In this document: positions 39,460 through 49,873 of the stretch, one piece after another | Layout of the letters: every line of letters starts with the position of its first letter | Numbering within the stretch: the first letter of the stretch is position 1 | Assembly (NCBI GenBank): GCA_965248265.1 | Contig: CBDFJF010000002.1 | Span: 3,488,001 to 3,552,000 of the forward strand | Length of the DNA: 64,000 bases | Direction of reading: 5' to 3' | DNA from: Candidatus Latescibacterota bacterium | GTDB taxonomy: Bacteria; Latescibacterota; UBA2968; UBA8231 | Notes under the pieces: model-generated | Databases searched by the model: none | Told to the model about the DNA's origin: nothing | Seen by the model: the letters and a program-made list of their open reading frames with translations, nothing else | Translations under genes and position numbers: made by a program

Positions 39460-40596
39460 TTAGGCTTTCTTTCTGGTCTTGACGTTCGATCGGACGAATG
39501 GCGGCTTTACAATATCCGCTTCGTGCAACTTTCCTCTGATATCCACGGCGAGGATCTGGTCTGCTTCAAGCTTGTCGTTGAGCACAAAGGCGAGAGCGAT
39601 TCCCTTTTGTAACGTCGGCGAGAACGTGCCACTTGTCACCTGTCCGACCTCGTCACCACAGACCAGGATGCGACATCCCGGTCGTGGGATCGCTCGCTGC
39701 TTCAACATGAGTCCGGTCAGGCGCCGCGCGGTACCTTCCTCTGTTGCTGCTCGCAGCGCATCCTTGCCGGGAAAATCGGACGCCTTGCCCAGGTCCATGG
39801 TCCATTTCAAGCCAGCTTCGACGGGTGAAATATCCTCGGCCAACTCGTGCCCGTACAGACAATACCCCATTTCTGTCCTCAGGGTGTCGCGAGCGCCTAA
39901 GCCACAGGGAATGGCGCCGGCAGCGATTACATCATCCCAGAGTGCGGCCGCGGCTGTATGCTCGGTCACAATCTCGAAGCCATCCTCGCCGGTGTACCCA
40001 CTTCGACTGATGAGTACGGTGTTGCCAGCATGGTCGAGCTGCCGGCAGCGGAAATAGCCAAGCTCGTCCAGGTCGACAGCGCCCAGTACGTTTCGCGTGA
40101 TTTCCAGCGCACGGGGGCCCTGGACGGCCAGCATACCGGTTTCAAGCGTACGATCCTCGATGCGGAGCCCGGGGTGTCCAGCTGCGAGGGTCAGGATAAC
40201 ATCGGTGTCCTCAACCACCCGCGATGCGTTCACGACCAGCACGTAGTCGTCTTCCTGTAACTTGCTGACAGCGAGATCATCGACCACGCCTCCGGATTCC
40301 GTACACAATACCGCGTAAGCCATCTGGCCAGATCGTAGTTTGGACAGGTCGCGCGGCAGCAACTCGTCGAGGAAGGACATGCTCCTAGGCCCTTTGACAG
40401 ATAATCGTCCCATGTGGGACACATCAAAAAGGCCGCAGCCCTCCCGGACGGCAGCATGTTCCTCGTTTATTCCGGCGTACGAAATGGGCATCTCCCAGCC
40501 CGCGAAAGGGGCCATGCGTGCGCCGGCAGCGATGTGCCGCTCGTACAAAGGCGTATGTCTCAATGAAGCTGATGTCTGTTTCGCGGAATCCGGCAT
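39460..40596 (-). CDS. gcvT: Glycine cleavage aminomethyltransferase T
   Basis: FDVSHMG, SGYTGEDGFE, GLGARDTLR and TSGTFSP. Confidence 0.97.
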   Translation of the reverse strand: MPDSAKQTSASLRHTPLYERHIAAGARMAPFAGWEMPISYAGINEEHAAVREGCGLFDVSHMGRLSVKGPRSMSFLDELLPRDLSKLRSGQMAYAVLCTESGGVVDDLAVSKLQEDDYVLVVNASRVVEDTDVILTLAAGHPGLRIEDRTLETGMLAVQGPRALEITRNVLGAVDLDELGYFRCRQLDHAGNTVLISRSGYTGEDGFEIVTEHTAAAALWDDVIAAGAIPCGLGARDTLRTEMGYCLYGHELAEDISPVEAGLKWTMDLGKASDFPGKDALRAATEEGTARRLTGLMLKQRAIPRPGCRILVCGDEVGQVTSGTFSPTLQKGIALAFVLNDKLEADQILAVDIRGKLHEADIVKPPFVRSNVKTRKKA

Positions 40597-40598
40597 GC

Positions 40599-41249
40599 TC
40601 AGTTCCGGGTTGATTCGGCTGAATCCGCGCTCATTCGCAGACGCAGCTGCTCCAGATCCAGCCACAGCGCATCAGCACGGTCCCTGAACGCCTTCGTGTC
40701 GCCGTCGTTGTGAACGACAAAGTCAGCCACCGCGAGCTTGTCCTCCACCGAACCTTGTGCTTTGAGGCGTCGCAGGATTTCGTCGCGACCGAGACCGCGG
40801 TTGGATTCGAGCCATCTGATCACAGACTCTTCCTCTTCGACGGTGACGACGACGATGGTATCGAAGCGGCTCTGCATCCCCCACTCGACCAACAAGGCGG
40901 CGTCGACGACGACGATTTCGTCTGACGTACCCCTTGCATGCTCGACACGCTTCCACAATTCGGTGTTCAAGGGTTCGCCTACAATTTGATTGAGAGAAGA
41001 AACGCCCGCAGCATCTTGGAAAGCCAGGGTTGCCAGAGCACGCCGATCCACCTTGCCGTCCTCGCCGATAACCTCCGTTCCAAAGGCTTGCTCGAGGCCG
41101 CGTTTAACCACGGGCCGTTCGAGCATTTCATGGCCGAGCTGATCGGCGTCAACTACTCGAGCGCCATGGCAGCGGAGGTGGCCGGCAAGCGTGGTCTTAC
41201 CTGCTCCCATCTGTCCTGTGAGGCCTACCAGCATGATAGTCTGCTTCAA
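40599..41249 (-). CDS. coaE: Dephospho-CoA kinase
   Basis: GLTGQMGAGKT, DAD, DRRAL and DAALLVE. Confidence 0.95.
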   Translation of the reverse strand: MKQTIMLVGLTGQMGAGKTTLAGHLRCHGARVVDADQLGHEMLERPVVKRGLEQAFGTEVIGEDGKVDRRALATLAFQDAAGVSSLNQIVGEPLNTELWKRVEHARGTSDEIVVVDAALLVEWGMQSRFDTIVVVTVEEEESVIRWLESNRGLGRDEILRRLKAQGSVEDKLAVADFVVHNDGDTKAFRDRADALWLDLEQLRLRMSADSAESTRN

Positions 41250-41384
41250 TCCGGAGGCAGTAAAGCTCTCTGTCTTGTGGTCCGGATTCCAGCGATCTGC
41301 GAGGTGTCACTTATCGGTGCTGACTGGACCAGACGTCGGGGAGGACTCCTCAAGAGCCCCATCACAGAGGTTGGCAGGTAGTGG

Positions 41385-42242
41385 CTATCGACTTCCTTGC
41401 AGGTACTTGAAGAAATCGGTGTCTAGCGGCTGCACCAGAACCGTGTTTTCGTCCAGGGATTTCTCGTAAGCTTCCAGGGTTCTCGTAAACTCGAAAAACT
41501 TTCCCGCGTTCTTGTACGCGGCTGCGTAGATCCGCAAGGCTTCTGCGTCACCTTCACCGCGGGTGCGCTGCGCCGTCTCATACGCCTCCGCGGCGATGGT
41601 GGCAGATTGAAGATCAGTCTCCGCCCTGATCTTTAGCGCTTCCTCTTCGCCTTCCGAGCGGTAGGTTTTGGCTTCGCGAGCACGCTCGGCGCGCATGCGG
41701 TTGAACACGGCCGTTTCGTTCTCGGGAGGAAGGTCAGCTCGTTTTACCCGAACATCGACAACTTCGATCCCGAACTGCCGGGCCGCTTCGTCGGAGCGCT
41801 CGGTCACCAGCTGCATGATAGCGGCTCTGTTCGTGGACACGACATCGACGAGATCGTGCTGACCCAGTTCTTTGCGAAGCTCGGAGTAGACGATGTCGTC
41901 GAGTCGAGCCAGGGCTTCCTGTTCGGTGCGCAACGCCTGCATGAACAGCAACGGATCGACGATGCGCCAGCGGGCGTAATTGTCGAGGATGAGGATCTTC
42001 TTGTCATTGGTGTAGATGGCGTTGGCGTCGGCGTCGTAGTCAAGCATGCGCTTGTCGAAGATGTTCACTTTTTGAATCGGATCAGGCATTTTCCAATACA
42101 GACCGGGCTCAGTAATCGTTCTCACGTGCTCACCGAACTGGGTCACGACGACTTGGGTGTATTCCAGTACTTTGAAGAACACGAGGTTGGCCGCGAACAC
42201 GACAGCGAAGAAGGCTATTAACAGACCGATGACGCCGCGCAT
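41385..42242 (-). CDS. hflC: FtsH protease modulator HflC
   Basis: SPFH domain; DVRVKRADLP, RMRAER and GEGDAEA. Confidence 0.96.
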   Translation of the reverse strand: MRGVIGLLIAFFAVVFAANLVFFKVLEYTQVVVTQFGEHVRTITEPGLYWKMPDPIQKVNIFDKRMLDYDADANAIYTNDKKILILDNYARWRIVDPLLFMQALRTEQEALARLDDIVYSELRKELGQHDLVDVVSTNRAAIMQLVTERSDEAARQFGIEVVDVRVKRADLPPENETAVFNRMRAERAREAKTYRSEGEEEALKIRAETDLQSATIAAEAYETAQRTRGEGDAEALRIYAAAYKNAGKFFEFTRTLEAYEKSLDENTVLVQPLDTDFFKYLQGSR

Positions 42243-43252
42243 TACTTCACCTCTTTCCCGCTTCGGTTGACGCCTTCGAGATTCAGGATATTGAGCAGAT
42301 TGCCCTTGGCGTCACTCTTGATGATGTATTTTTTGAGGCGAGGAAGAATCGATTCCATCGTCTCCAGGTAGAGTCGGGTTTCCGTCACGTCCGGTGCCTT
42401 CTTGTACTCTTCATACACTGCGCGGAAACGATCCGCGTCACCCTGCGCCCGGCGAACACGTTCGACCTTGTAGGCCTCCGCTTCCTTGATCATCTTCTGC
42501 GCCTCACCCCTGGCCTTGGGAATGATGTCGTTCTGGTAGCCCCTGGCTTCGTTGATGCGGCGCTCTCGATCCTCCTTGGCGCTGGCTACATCCTTGAACG
42601 CGTCGTCCACCTGTTGCGGGGGGCCTACCGTCTGCAGTTGCACTGATTCCACCTTGAGACCGCATTTGTACTTGTTCAACGTTTCTTGGAGCTGCTCCTT
42701 GATCTGGGCCTGGATGGTCACTTTGCCCTCGGTCAGGGCTTCATCGATGGGATGTCGACCGATAACCTGTCTGAGTGCGGTTTCGCTGGCATCGTGAATG
42801 AGGGGTTCTCTTCCCCTTCCGCGCCGCTCGAACACGCCTAGATCTCTCACGCTGAAGAGCGCATCAACGATGCTGCTGACCCGGTACTGAACCACCATTT
42901 CAACATCGATTATGTTCAGCCCCCCGGTAAGCATGAGCGCCTCGTTCGGCATTTTACGGTACTGCGCCGGTGGTCCGGGGTCCCTGGTGCGGAAGCCGAT
43001 CTCCTCGCGGTACACGTTCGTCACCGACTGGATCGATACCATGTCGATCGGGCTGGGCAGATGGTAGTGCAGTCCAGGATCAACGACTTCGAGGAGCTTA
43101 CCGAAGCGCAATACTACTGCCTGCTCATCCTGGGCGACGGTGTAAATGCCGCTTGCCAGCCATAGCACGACGAGCAATCCGAGGATCAGGTACACCGTCT
43201 TCGGATTCATTTTCACAGGAATCTGGCGGGGGAAATCGAATTGCTGTGGCAT
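42242..43252 (-). CDS. hflK: FtsH protease modulator HflK
   Basis: VVLRFGK, PPQQVDDAF, PKARGEA and RLYLETME; start set at ATG 43252, downstream of the promoter. Confidence 0.96.
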   Translation of the reverse strand: MPQQFDFPRQIPVKMNPKTVYLILGLLVVLWLASGIYTVAQDEQAVVLRFGKLLEVVDPGLHYHLPSPIDMVSIQSVTNVYREEIGFRTRDPGPPAQYRKMPNEALMLTGGLNIIDVEMVVQYRVSSIVDALFSVRDLGVFERRGRGREPLIHDASETALRQVIGRHPIDEALTEGKVTIQAQIKEQLQETLNKYKCGLKVESVQLQTVGPPQQVDDAFKDVASAKEDRERRINEARGYQNDIIPKARGEAQKMIKEAEAYKVERVRRAQGDADRFRAVYEEYKKAPDVTETRLYLETMESILPRLKKYIIKSDAKGNLLNILNLEGVNRSGKEVK

Positions 43253-43363
43253 GGCGAGGCCTTGTCTGGTGGCGAACTCAGGGTTGAGCTTCTTTGAACC
43301 GGGCTTCCGCGCAGGCGCGAGCTTGCGGCCACGCCCTGACGGACATGATCTTTGTTCGAGCGA

Positions 43364-43392
43364 AATGTAGCATTGAGGAAAACCGGTGTCAA
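43364..43392 (-). promoter_or_regulatory. Sigma-70 promoter for hflKC
   Basis: TTGACA-N17-TACATT on the minus strand. Confidence 0.75.
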
Positions 43393-43467
43393 CGAGCGCC
43401 ACAAGCGAAAGCAACCAGAGAAGGTCACTGATCCATCCTTCGAAGGTTCTTTGTTTGGCGGCAGATG

Positions 43468-43496
43468 TTGACAGCCATAGAGGCGGATGATATTGT
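43468..43496 (+). promoter_or_regulatory. Sigma-70 promoter for clpP
   Basis: TTGACA-N17-TATTGT, with an extended TG. Confidence 0.7.
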
Positions 43497-43572
43497 CTCT
43501 GGACGCCGCTCCGTGACGGCGTCGAAGTTCCCGCGACCACCCTTCACCCCCACACAAGCACAGACTCGGACC

Positions 43573-44181
43573 ATGGCAATCATCCCAATCGTCATCGAAC
43601 AGACCGGACGCGGCGAGCGCGCCTACGATATTTTCTCACGGCTGCTGAAAGAGCGAATCATTTTCATGGGGATGCCGATCGACGACGCTGAGGCAAACCT
43701 CGTCATCGCGCAGTTGTTGTTCCTCGCCTCTGAAGATCCCAAGAAAGACATCTCTCTCTACATCAACAGCCCGGGGGGCCATATCACCTCCGGCCTGGCC
43801 ATATACGATACCATGCAGCACGTTCCCTGCGACGTTGCCACGCTGTGCGTGGGCCAGGCCTACAGCATGAGTGCGATTCTTCTCGCTGGGGGAACAACAG
43901 GCAAGAGGCATGCGCTTCCGCATTCCCGAATCATGCTGCATCAGCCATGGGGCGGCGTAGGCGGCCAGGCCACGGATGTCGAGATTCACGCTAGGGAAAT
44001 CATGGAGTGGCGCGAGAGGTTGAACATGATCATCGCCGACAACACGGGCCAGAAGCAGGAGACGGTGGAGCAGGTGACCGAGAGGAACTACTTTCTGTCA
44101 CCGGATGAGGCGGTGGAGTTTGGCCTGATAGATGGAATATTCGAGAATTCCTACGAGATGCAGTCGGACGCCGCCGGCTGA
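43573..44181 (+). CDS. clpP: ATP-dependent Clp protease proteolytic subunit
   Basis: [27 protein letters not shown] and MLHQP. Confidence 0.97.
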   Translation: MAIIPIVIEQTGRGERAYDIFSRLLKERIIFMGMPIDDAEANLVIAQLLFLASEDPKKDISLYINSPGGHITSGLAIYDTMQHVPCDVATLCVGQAYSMSAILLAGGTTGKRHALPHSRIMLHQPWGGVGGQATDVEIHAREIMEWRERLNMIIADNTGQKQETVEQVTERNYFLSPDEAVEFGLIDGIFENSYEMQSDAAG

Positions 44182-44188
44182 CTCACTC

Positions 44189-45067
44189 CTATTCGAAGAC
44201 CGTCTGGTTGCGCCCCTCTCGTTTCGCCTGATACATCCGGCGATCCGTCAGTTCCACGAAATCCGCGATCGTCGACACTTCGTCCAGGGGCAGGGACACG
44301 ACCCCCGCGCTGATGGTCACTGTTACTGATCTATCCCCGCTCACGCATTTGTTGGCGGCAACCGTTTCGCGCACACGCTCAGCCAATATCGCTGCACCCA
44401 GGCGGTCCGTATGGGGAAGAATCATCGCGAATTCTTCCCCACCGTAGCGGGCCAGTACATCTTCTTTTCGAACTTGCTGTTGCACGAGGTCCGCAGTCTG
44501 TCGCAACACGGCGTCGCCGAACGGATGCCCCATGGTATCGTTGACTTTCTTGAAGTGATCGAGGTCGAACAGCACCAGTGACAACGCCGTTTCGTAGCGT
44601 TTGGCCTCCTCCCACCTTATCGCCAGTTGCTCCTCCATGTAGCGACGATTGTACCTACCGGTGAGTTGATCAATCACGGCCTGCGACCTGAGCTGATCGA
44701 GGCGTTCTTTCAACTGCAGAAACAATCGTTTGCGGTGCCGGAGGTCGTCGTGCTTCGGAGACGCGTCGACGCAGTCGATGATGATCAGGTCGGCGGTGTT
44801 TTCCCCTTCCCGTGGATCATCACCGACGACGATCACGGGAATATCTGCGCCGCGACAGACTTCGAACACTGACTGCAGCTCTTTTTCCGCATCTGATTGC
44901 CTGATCTTACCGTCCAGAACCAGAAGGTGGGGCGCGTCCTCGGACAACAACTGCCGTCCCTCACCCACCGACCGTGCGTTGGTTACCTCATCACTGTCCC
45001 CGGTTACAGCCCGGGACAGGTCCGCGGACAACTCGGCGTCGTCAGACAGTATCAAAACTCGGTTCAT
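44189..45067 (-). CDS. Diguanylate cyclase with a degenerate receiver domain
   Basis: DQLTG, DLDHFK, RKED I-site and intact GGEEF. Confidence 0.93.
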   Translation of the reverse strand: MNRVLILSDDAELSADLSRAVTGDSDEVTNARSVGEGRQLLSEDAPHLLVLDGKIRQSDAEKELQSVFEVCRGADIPVIVVGDDPREGENTADLIIIDCVDASPKHDDLRHRKRLFLQLKERLDQLRSQAVIDQLTGRYNRRYMEEQLAIRWEEAKRYETALSLVLFDLDHFKKVNDTMGHPFGDAVLRQTADLVQQQVRKEDVLARYGGEEFAMILPHTDRLGAAILAERVRETVAANKCVSGDRSVTVTISAGVVSLPLDEVSTIADFVELTDRRMYQAKREGRNQTVFE

Positions 45068-46104
45068 ATGGTGTCACGATCCATTGAGAATGCACGTGTT
45101 TGGTGAATATCGTCTATGCCCGATAACACGGCGATCAACCGGTCCAGACCAAGGGCCATGCCCCCGGCCATTGGCATTTGTCCGTCACTCAACATACGCA
45201 AAAAAGCTTCATCGAGTGGGAGTGTCGATGCTCCTCCCCGGCTTCTTCTTGCAGTGCGCTGCGCCATGAACCGTCGCCGCTGCTCACGTCCATCGGTAAG
45301 TTCGCTGAAGCCGTTGGCCAGTTCGACTCCACCAATGTACAGTTCCAAGCGCTCCGCGACTCGATAGTCAGGAGGACGAAGCCGGGCCAGCGCAGCCAAT
45401 GCCGCTGGATAGTCCTTCAGGAAAACGGCATGGGGCAACACCCCAAGGGCAGGCTCGACTCGCTCTATCATCAGTTTGAAGAATACGTCCTCCCACGAGT
45501 CCGTCTTCCCGATGATGACGCCGCATTGTTCCAGTGCGGCGCGCCGAAAACCCTCGGGATCGGTCTCAGGATAGTCGAGAGGATCGATCCCGGCATAGGT
45601 CATAAACGCTTCTGAAACAGATAGATGCTGCCATTGGGCTGCTATATCCACGGTCCCACAAGCGGTCGTCATCTCGGTTCCCTCGAACACCTTCCTGGAC
45701 AGACGACGGGTCATGTTTTCGAGGTCATCGGCTACCTCGAGGTAGCCGGCCTCTGTCCGGTACCACTCGACCATGGTGAATTCGGGCAGGTGCATGCTCG
45801 ATGATTCCCCATCACGAAAACAGCTGCCAATTTGAAATATCCGTTGGCACCCGTGTCCCAGGAGTCGCTTCATGTGATGCTCGGGCGATGTTACCAGGTA
45901 ACACGTACGGGTACCCGCCTCCTGGTCATCGTATTCGGTCCGAAAGGGGCGAATGTGCGTCTCTTGTCCGGGGGTACTCAGCAGGATGGGAGTCTGGACT
46001 TCGAGAAATCCAGCCTCGTCGAAGAAAGCTCGGATCTCCGAGAGAGCAGCCGCTCGCTGCTCCAGCCGAGCAATCAATCCCTTGTCGTCTGTCTGCTCGC
46101 GCAC
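45064..46104 (-). CDS. epmA: EF-P lysine aminoacylase (GenX/PoxA)
   Basis: LysRS catalytic core only; TSPE, FRDGE, HLPEFTMVEWY, ELANGFSEL and GLDRL. Confidence 0.93.
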   Translation of the reverse strand: MREQTDDKGLIARLEQRAAALSEIRAFFDEAGFLEVQTPILLSTPGQETHIRPFRTEYDDQEAGTRTCYLVTSPEHHMKRLLGHGCQRIFQIGSCFRDGESSSMHLPEFTMVEWYRTEAGYLEVADDLENMTRRLSRKVFEGTEMTTACGTVDIAAQWQHLSVSEAFMTYAGIDPLDYPETDPEGFRRAALEQCGVIIGKTDSWEDVFFKLMIERVEPALGVLPHAVFLKDYPAALAALARLRPPDYRVAERLELYIGGVELANGFSELTDGREQRRRFMAQRTARRSRGGASTLPLDEAFLRMLSDGQMPMAGGMALGLDRLIAVLSGIDDIHQTRAFSMDRDTI

Positions 46105-46186
46105 CTGTCCATTTCAGGATACAAGACGGGGGTGGTCATTTTAGATGGGCTGAACGAGAGAGCTAGTGACAGGGCACTTGGGCGCG

Positions 46187-47416
46187 TCACGCCCGCTTCT
46201 TGCGATAAATGAACTCCGGCGGACCCTTGGCAGCAATAAAGTCAGCGGTAATGATACATTCCTTGACATCATCACGTGAGGGCAACTCATACATGATTTC
46301 ATACATGGAGGTCTCAAGGACCGAGCGCAACCCTCTCGCGCCCATATCTTTAGCCTGGGTCATCTCAACGACCTTGTCAATGGCGTCGTCCTCGAATTTC
46401 AGACTCATTCCATCCATTTCAAACAGCTTCTGGTACTGTCGGATTAGGGCGTTCTTTGGCTTGCTCATGATCTCGCGCAGAGCGTCGTTGCTCAGAGGAT
46501 GGAGCGCGCTGACGACTGGCAGGCGGCCAATCAACTCCGGGATGAGACCATACTGGATTAGATCTTCCGGTTCCACCTGCGCGAGTGGATTGATCTCGTC
46601 TGTGCTCCCGTCACTATTAAGCTGGGCACCGAATCCGATAGCATTGCGACCGACCCGGGCGCTGATCACCTTGTCCAGTCCGTCGAAGGCGCCGCCACAA
46701 ATAAACAAGATGTTACGGGTATTGATCTGAACCAATGGCTGCTCGGGATGCTTGCGCCCGCCCTTGGGAGGGACGCCGGAGACCGTACCCTCCAGAATCT
46801 TGAGCAACTCCTGTTGCACACCCTCACCTGAAACATCTCTGGTGATTGACGGATTGCCTGACTTTCGAGCGATCTTGTCAATCTCGTCGATGAACAGGAT
46901 TCCGCGCTCTGCCTGGCTGACTTCGTAATCGGCAGCTTGCAGAATCCGGACCAGGATGTTTTCCACGTCCTCGCCGACGTACCCGGCTTCAGTCAGTACG
47001 GTGGCGTCCACGATCGCGAACGGGACCTGCAGGACCCGTGCCAGCGTTTCCGCAAGCAGCGTCTTTCCGGTGCCCGTCGATCCCAGCAGAAGGATGTTGC
47101 TCTTCGACAACTCAACATCAGAGGCACTCGAGTAGACGCGCTTATAGTGGTTGTACACGGCGACGCATACGGCCTTTTTGGCTCGCTCCTGGCCTATGAC
47201 GTGCTCATCCAGATGTGCTTTGATTTCTGCCGGCTTGGGCAGCGGATGCCCATTCAGGTTGGGTTGCTGTCGACTTTCATCATCCAATACCTCGTTACAC
47301 AACCCCACGCACTCATTGCAGATGTGGACGGAGGGTCCAGTGATGATCTTGTCGACTTGGCCTACACCCTTTCCGCAGAAAGAGCAACTGACCGTATTTC
47401 TGGGTTTTTTCAGCAA
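46187..47416 (-). CDS. clpX: Clp protease ATP-binding subunit ClpX
   Basis: CSFCGK Zn finger, [15 protein letters not shown] and IGF loop. Confidence 0.98.
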   Translation of the reverse strand: MLKKPRNTVSCSFCGKGVGQVDKIITGPSVHICNECVGLCNEVLDDESRQQPNLNGHPLPKPAEIKAHLDEHVIGQERAKKAVCVAVYNHYKRVYSSASDVELSKSNILLLGSTGTGKTLLAETLARVLQVPFAIVDATVLTEAGYVGEDVENILVRILQAADYEVSQAERGILFIDEIDKIARKSGNPSITRDVSGEGVQQELLKILEGTVSGVPPKGGRKHPEQPLVQINTRNILFICGGAFDGLDKVISARVGRNAIGFGAQLNSDGSTDEINPLAQVEPEDLIQYGLIPELIGRLPVVSALHPLSNDALREIMSKPKNALIRQYQKLFEMDGMSLKFEDDAIDKVVEMTQAKDMGARGLRSVLETSMYEIMYELPSRDDVKECIITADFIAAKGPPEFIYRKKRA

Positions 47417-47431
47417 GGATCGTTTACGCCG

Positions 47432-48289
47432 TTATGCCTCGCCGCCTTCGGCGAAGAAACGACTGTCGGCCGTGTCATTATTGTGCTCGGATTCTGAAGC
47501 CTCGTATCCATCTACCGTATCATTATCGGAAGAAATCACGCCAAAGCCAGTCTCCCCCGCTTCATTGGACCGGGACTCTTCTCCCTGCTGCTCGATCTGT
47601 GTGGTTGTGGCCTCTTCTACAGGCTCTCCTACCGTCGATAAGTCCCCTGTCGGGGACTCTGTTCCATGGGATTCGTCCGAACCCTGATCATCCACCACCT
47701 GGGCATGAGGCTCGTCGTCGGACTGAACAACATCGCCAGAGACCCCCCCCTCACTCACGGGCTCTTGCGGTTCCTGTGCATCCTCAGGATCTGCGGGAGC
47801 CCCGCTCCCATCTGTCTCCGACTTCATGACATTCACGGCCTGGAACCCCTTGGCCGTCTTCGTGACCATGAATTCGACCTGGTCGCCCTGGACCAGGGAG
47901 CGGTCCCAGGATGATATGTCGCGCCAGTGCACGAACACATCGGTGTCACTGTCGGTCGAAATGAATCCGTACCCCTTGTCGTTATTGAACCATTTTACTG
48001 AGCCCTTGATCCAGCTGTTCTCCGCGAGAGTGGAGGGTGAATCCCCGTTGGCCTTGGGTTCCGTATTCTTGCCCGCGGCAGGTGCTTTTCCAGTCTCGCT
48101 TTCGAGGATTTGGTCCGAGAACTGCCTGCGCAGTTCCGCTGAGGATCCCTCGCTCTCCAATAGCCAGTTGACCCCGTTGATCAGCCCGATAACGTACGCG
48201 CTGTCCACACCATGCAGACGTCTCGCCTCGACGATTCTGTCGGCCAGCGAGGCGAGGAAAGCGGTAGTCAACGTCAATGACGAACTCAA
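47432..48289 (-). CDS. Cold-shock-domain protein with an N-terminal helical region and an acidic tail
   Basis: KGSVKWFNNDKGYGFI and DVFVH. TTG 48289 follows AAGGAG; the ORF extends to 48337. Confidence 0.85.
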   Translation of the reverse strand: MSSSLTLTTAFLASLADRIVEARRLHGVDSAYVIGLINGVNWLLESEGSSAELRRQFSDQILESETGKAPAAGKNTEPKANGDSPSTLAENSWIKGSVKWFNNDKGYGFISTDSDTDVFVHWRDISSWDRSLVQGDQVEFMVTKTAKGFQAVNVMKSETDGSGAPADPEDAQEPQEPVSEGGVSGDVVQSDDEPHAQVVDDQGSDESHGTESPTGDLSTVGEPVEEATTTQIEQQGEESRSNEAGETGFGVISSDNDTVDGYEASESEHNNDTADSRFFAEGGEA

Positions 48290-48435
48290 GGTACACCCCC
48301 TCTCCTTGTGTTGGCCCTTGCCGGCGGCATCCACCATCTGTCGGCGCCTGGCCGGCAGCTAGCTGTATTCCTTATATGAACCATCAATGCCCTGTTCCTG
48401 AGTTAGCTCTAAGTACCAACATGCCCCATGTCTTG

Positions 48436-49866
48436 TCAACCAGTTCCAGGAGCGCGATACCCTTTGATTCCCTCGTAGATGGTCTGCGAACTGACCTTCA
48501 GGATCCCTGTCACGGGTACTGCTATGAGCATACCCGGCAACCCCATCAGATCACTGCCGATCATTACCACTACCAGAACGACCAGGGGATGGAGGTTGAC
48601 GCTGCGGGCGACGACGAGGGGCTGAATTAGGACATTGTCGATAACCTGAATCGCCAGGAACAGGATGATTACTTTCGTGACCATCGCGGAACCACCGCCG
48701 ATCGCGATGGCGACGATCGAGGCCGAGACGATTCCTATCAGGGGACCGACGTAAGGAATCATGTTGGACAAGCCAGCCAACAGCCCAACTGGCAACGCGT
48801 ACGTCAGACCGATTATCTGTAGACCAAGTGTTGCCAGTGAGGCAACGACGGTCACAGCCAGCAGTTGTCCTCGTATGTATCCTCCGATCTGACCATTGAT
48901 CTGATGCAGAAGGTTCAGGAACAGTTCGAAGTAGGCGTTGGGCACCAGCTCGACGAGCCCGTGGTTGATGCGGCGCCCTTCCTTCATGAAAAAGAAAGCA
49001 ACAAACGGCACGATGATGACGTAAATCAGGCCGGAAAACACACCACTCAACAGGTCGGTCGTGCGTCCGAGGAGCTTGTTGATCAACAGACTGCCATGCT
49101 CTTTGATCAACGAGGCCAGGTCGGTCTCCGTGGAAGTGTACTGCTGAATCAAGGGTTCCAACTCCTGAGCCTTGGCGCTGATCCGGGTGATGATATTCGG
49201 CCCGGCGCTACCGAAATCCAAAAGCCTGGAAGATAGCGTAACCCCATCCCACGTCCTGCCTTCGGCGTAATGGGCGTCGTTGGAGTCAGGTGACTTGTTG
49301 CCGAGCAATTTCAGGATTTCGGAACGTTCGGTATCTGGACGCTTGAGTTTTATGCGACCGCTGTGCGGATTCACGTCACCTGGAGCGAAGCGGAACCTCA
49401 GGGTATCGGTCTTACCCGGTAGCAGCTCGAAGTGCAGGTCTTCGCCAGAAATCGTCGAAAACGGACTCCCAGAGGATTGCCACACAAACTTGCCGTTGAT
49501 GATAACGGGAATCCCATCCTTGTCATTGGATACGACGATGCCCCGTTCCACTGACTCCTTGCGCATGAACTCCTCAATCAACTGGCCAAGTTCTTGTTTC
49601 AGTTTATTCCCAAGCGTGAACAGGCCGAGAGCGACACCGGAGATGGCGATCAGAAATATGATCAGGATACTCCAGGTGCGCCCCACGCCCCGGCCCTCCA
49701 TGCGATCGACGAGGGGCGTCAGCACATAAGACAACACGAATGCCAGGACGAAGGGTGCCAGGATTCCCTGCAGCGAGTAAACGATCCAGACCAGAGCCAG
49801 GCCCGCCGCCACCAGGAGAAGGGGCTTCAATCGCAGTCCGAGAAAGGGGGTTGATCGCTCTTCCAA
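48436..49866 (-). CDS. AI-2E (PerM) family transporter with a soluble Ig-like insertion
   Basis: PFVLAFVLSYVLTPLV, GYIRGQ, IPYVGP, LHP and AVP. Confidence 0.9.
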   Translation of the reverse strand: MEERSTPFLGLRLKPLLLVAAGLALVWIVYSLQGILAPFVLAFVLSYVLTPLVDRMEGRGVGRTWSILIIFLIAISGVALGLFTLGNKLKQELGQLIEEFMRKESVERGIVVSNDKDGIPVIINGKFVWQSSGSPFSTISGEDLHFELLPGKTDTLRFRFAPGDVNPHSGRIKLKRPDTERSEILKLLGNKSPDSNDAHYAEGRTWDGVTLSSRLLDFGSAGPNIITRISAKAQELEPLIQQYTSTETDLASLIKEHGSLLINKLLGRTTDLLSGVFSGLIYVIIVPFVAFFFMKEGRRINHGLVELVPNAYFELFLNLLHQINGQIGGYIRGQLLAVTVVASLATLGLQIIGLTYALPVGLLAGLSNMIPYVGPLIGIVSASIVAIAIGGGSAMVTKVIILFLAIQVIDNVLIQPLVVARSVNLHPLVVLVVVMIGSDLMGLPGMLIAVPVTGILKVSSQTIYEGIKGYRAPGTG

Positions 49867-49873
49867 TGCTCAT

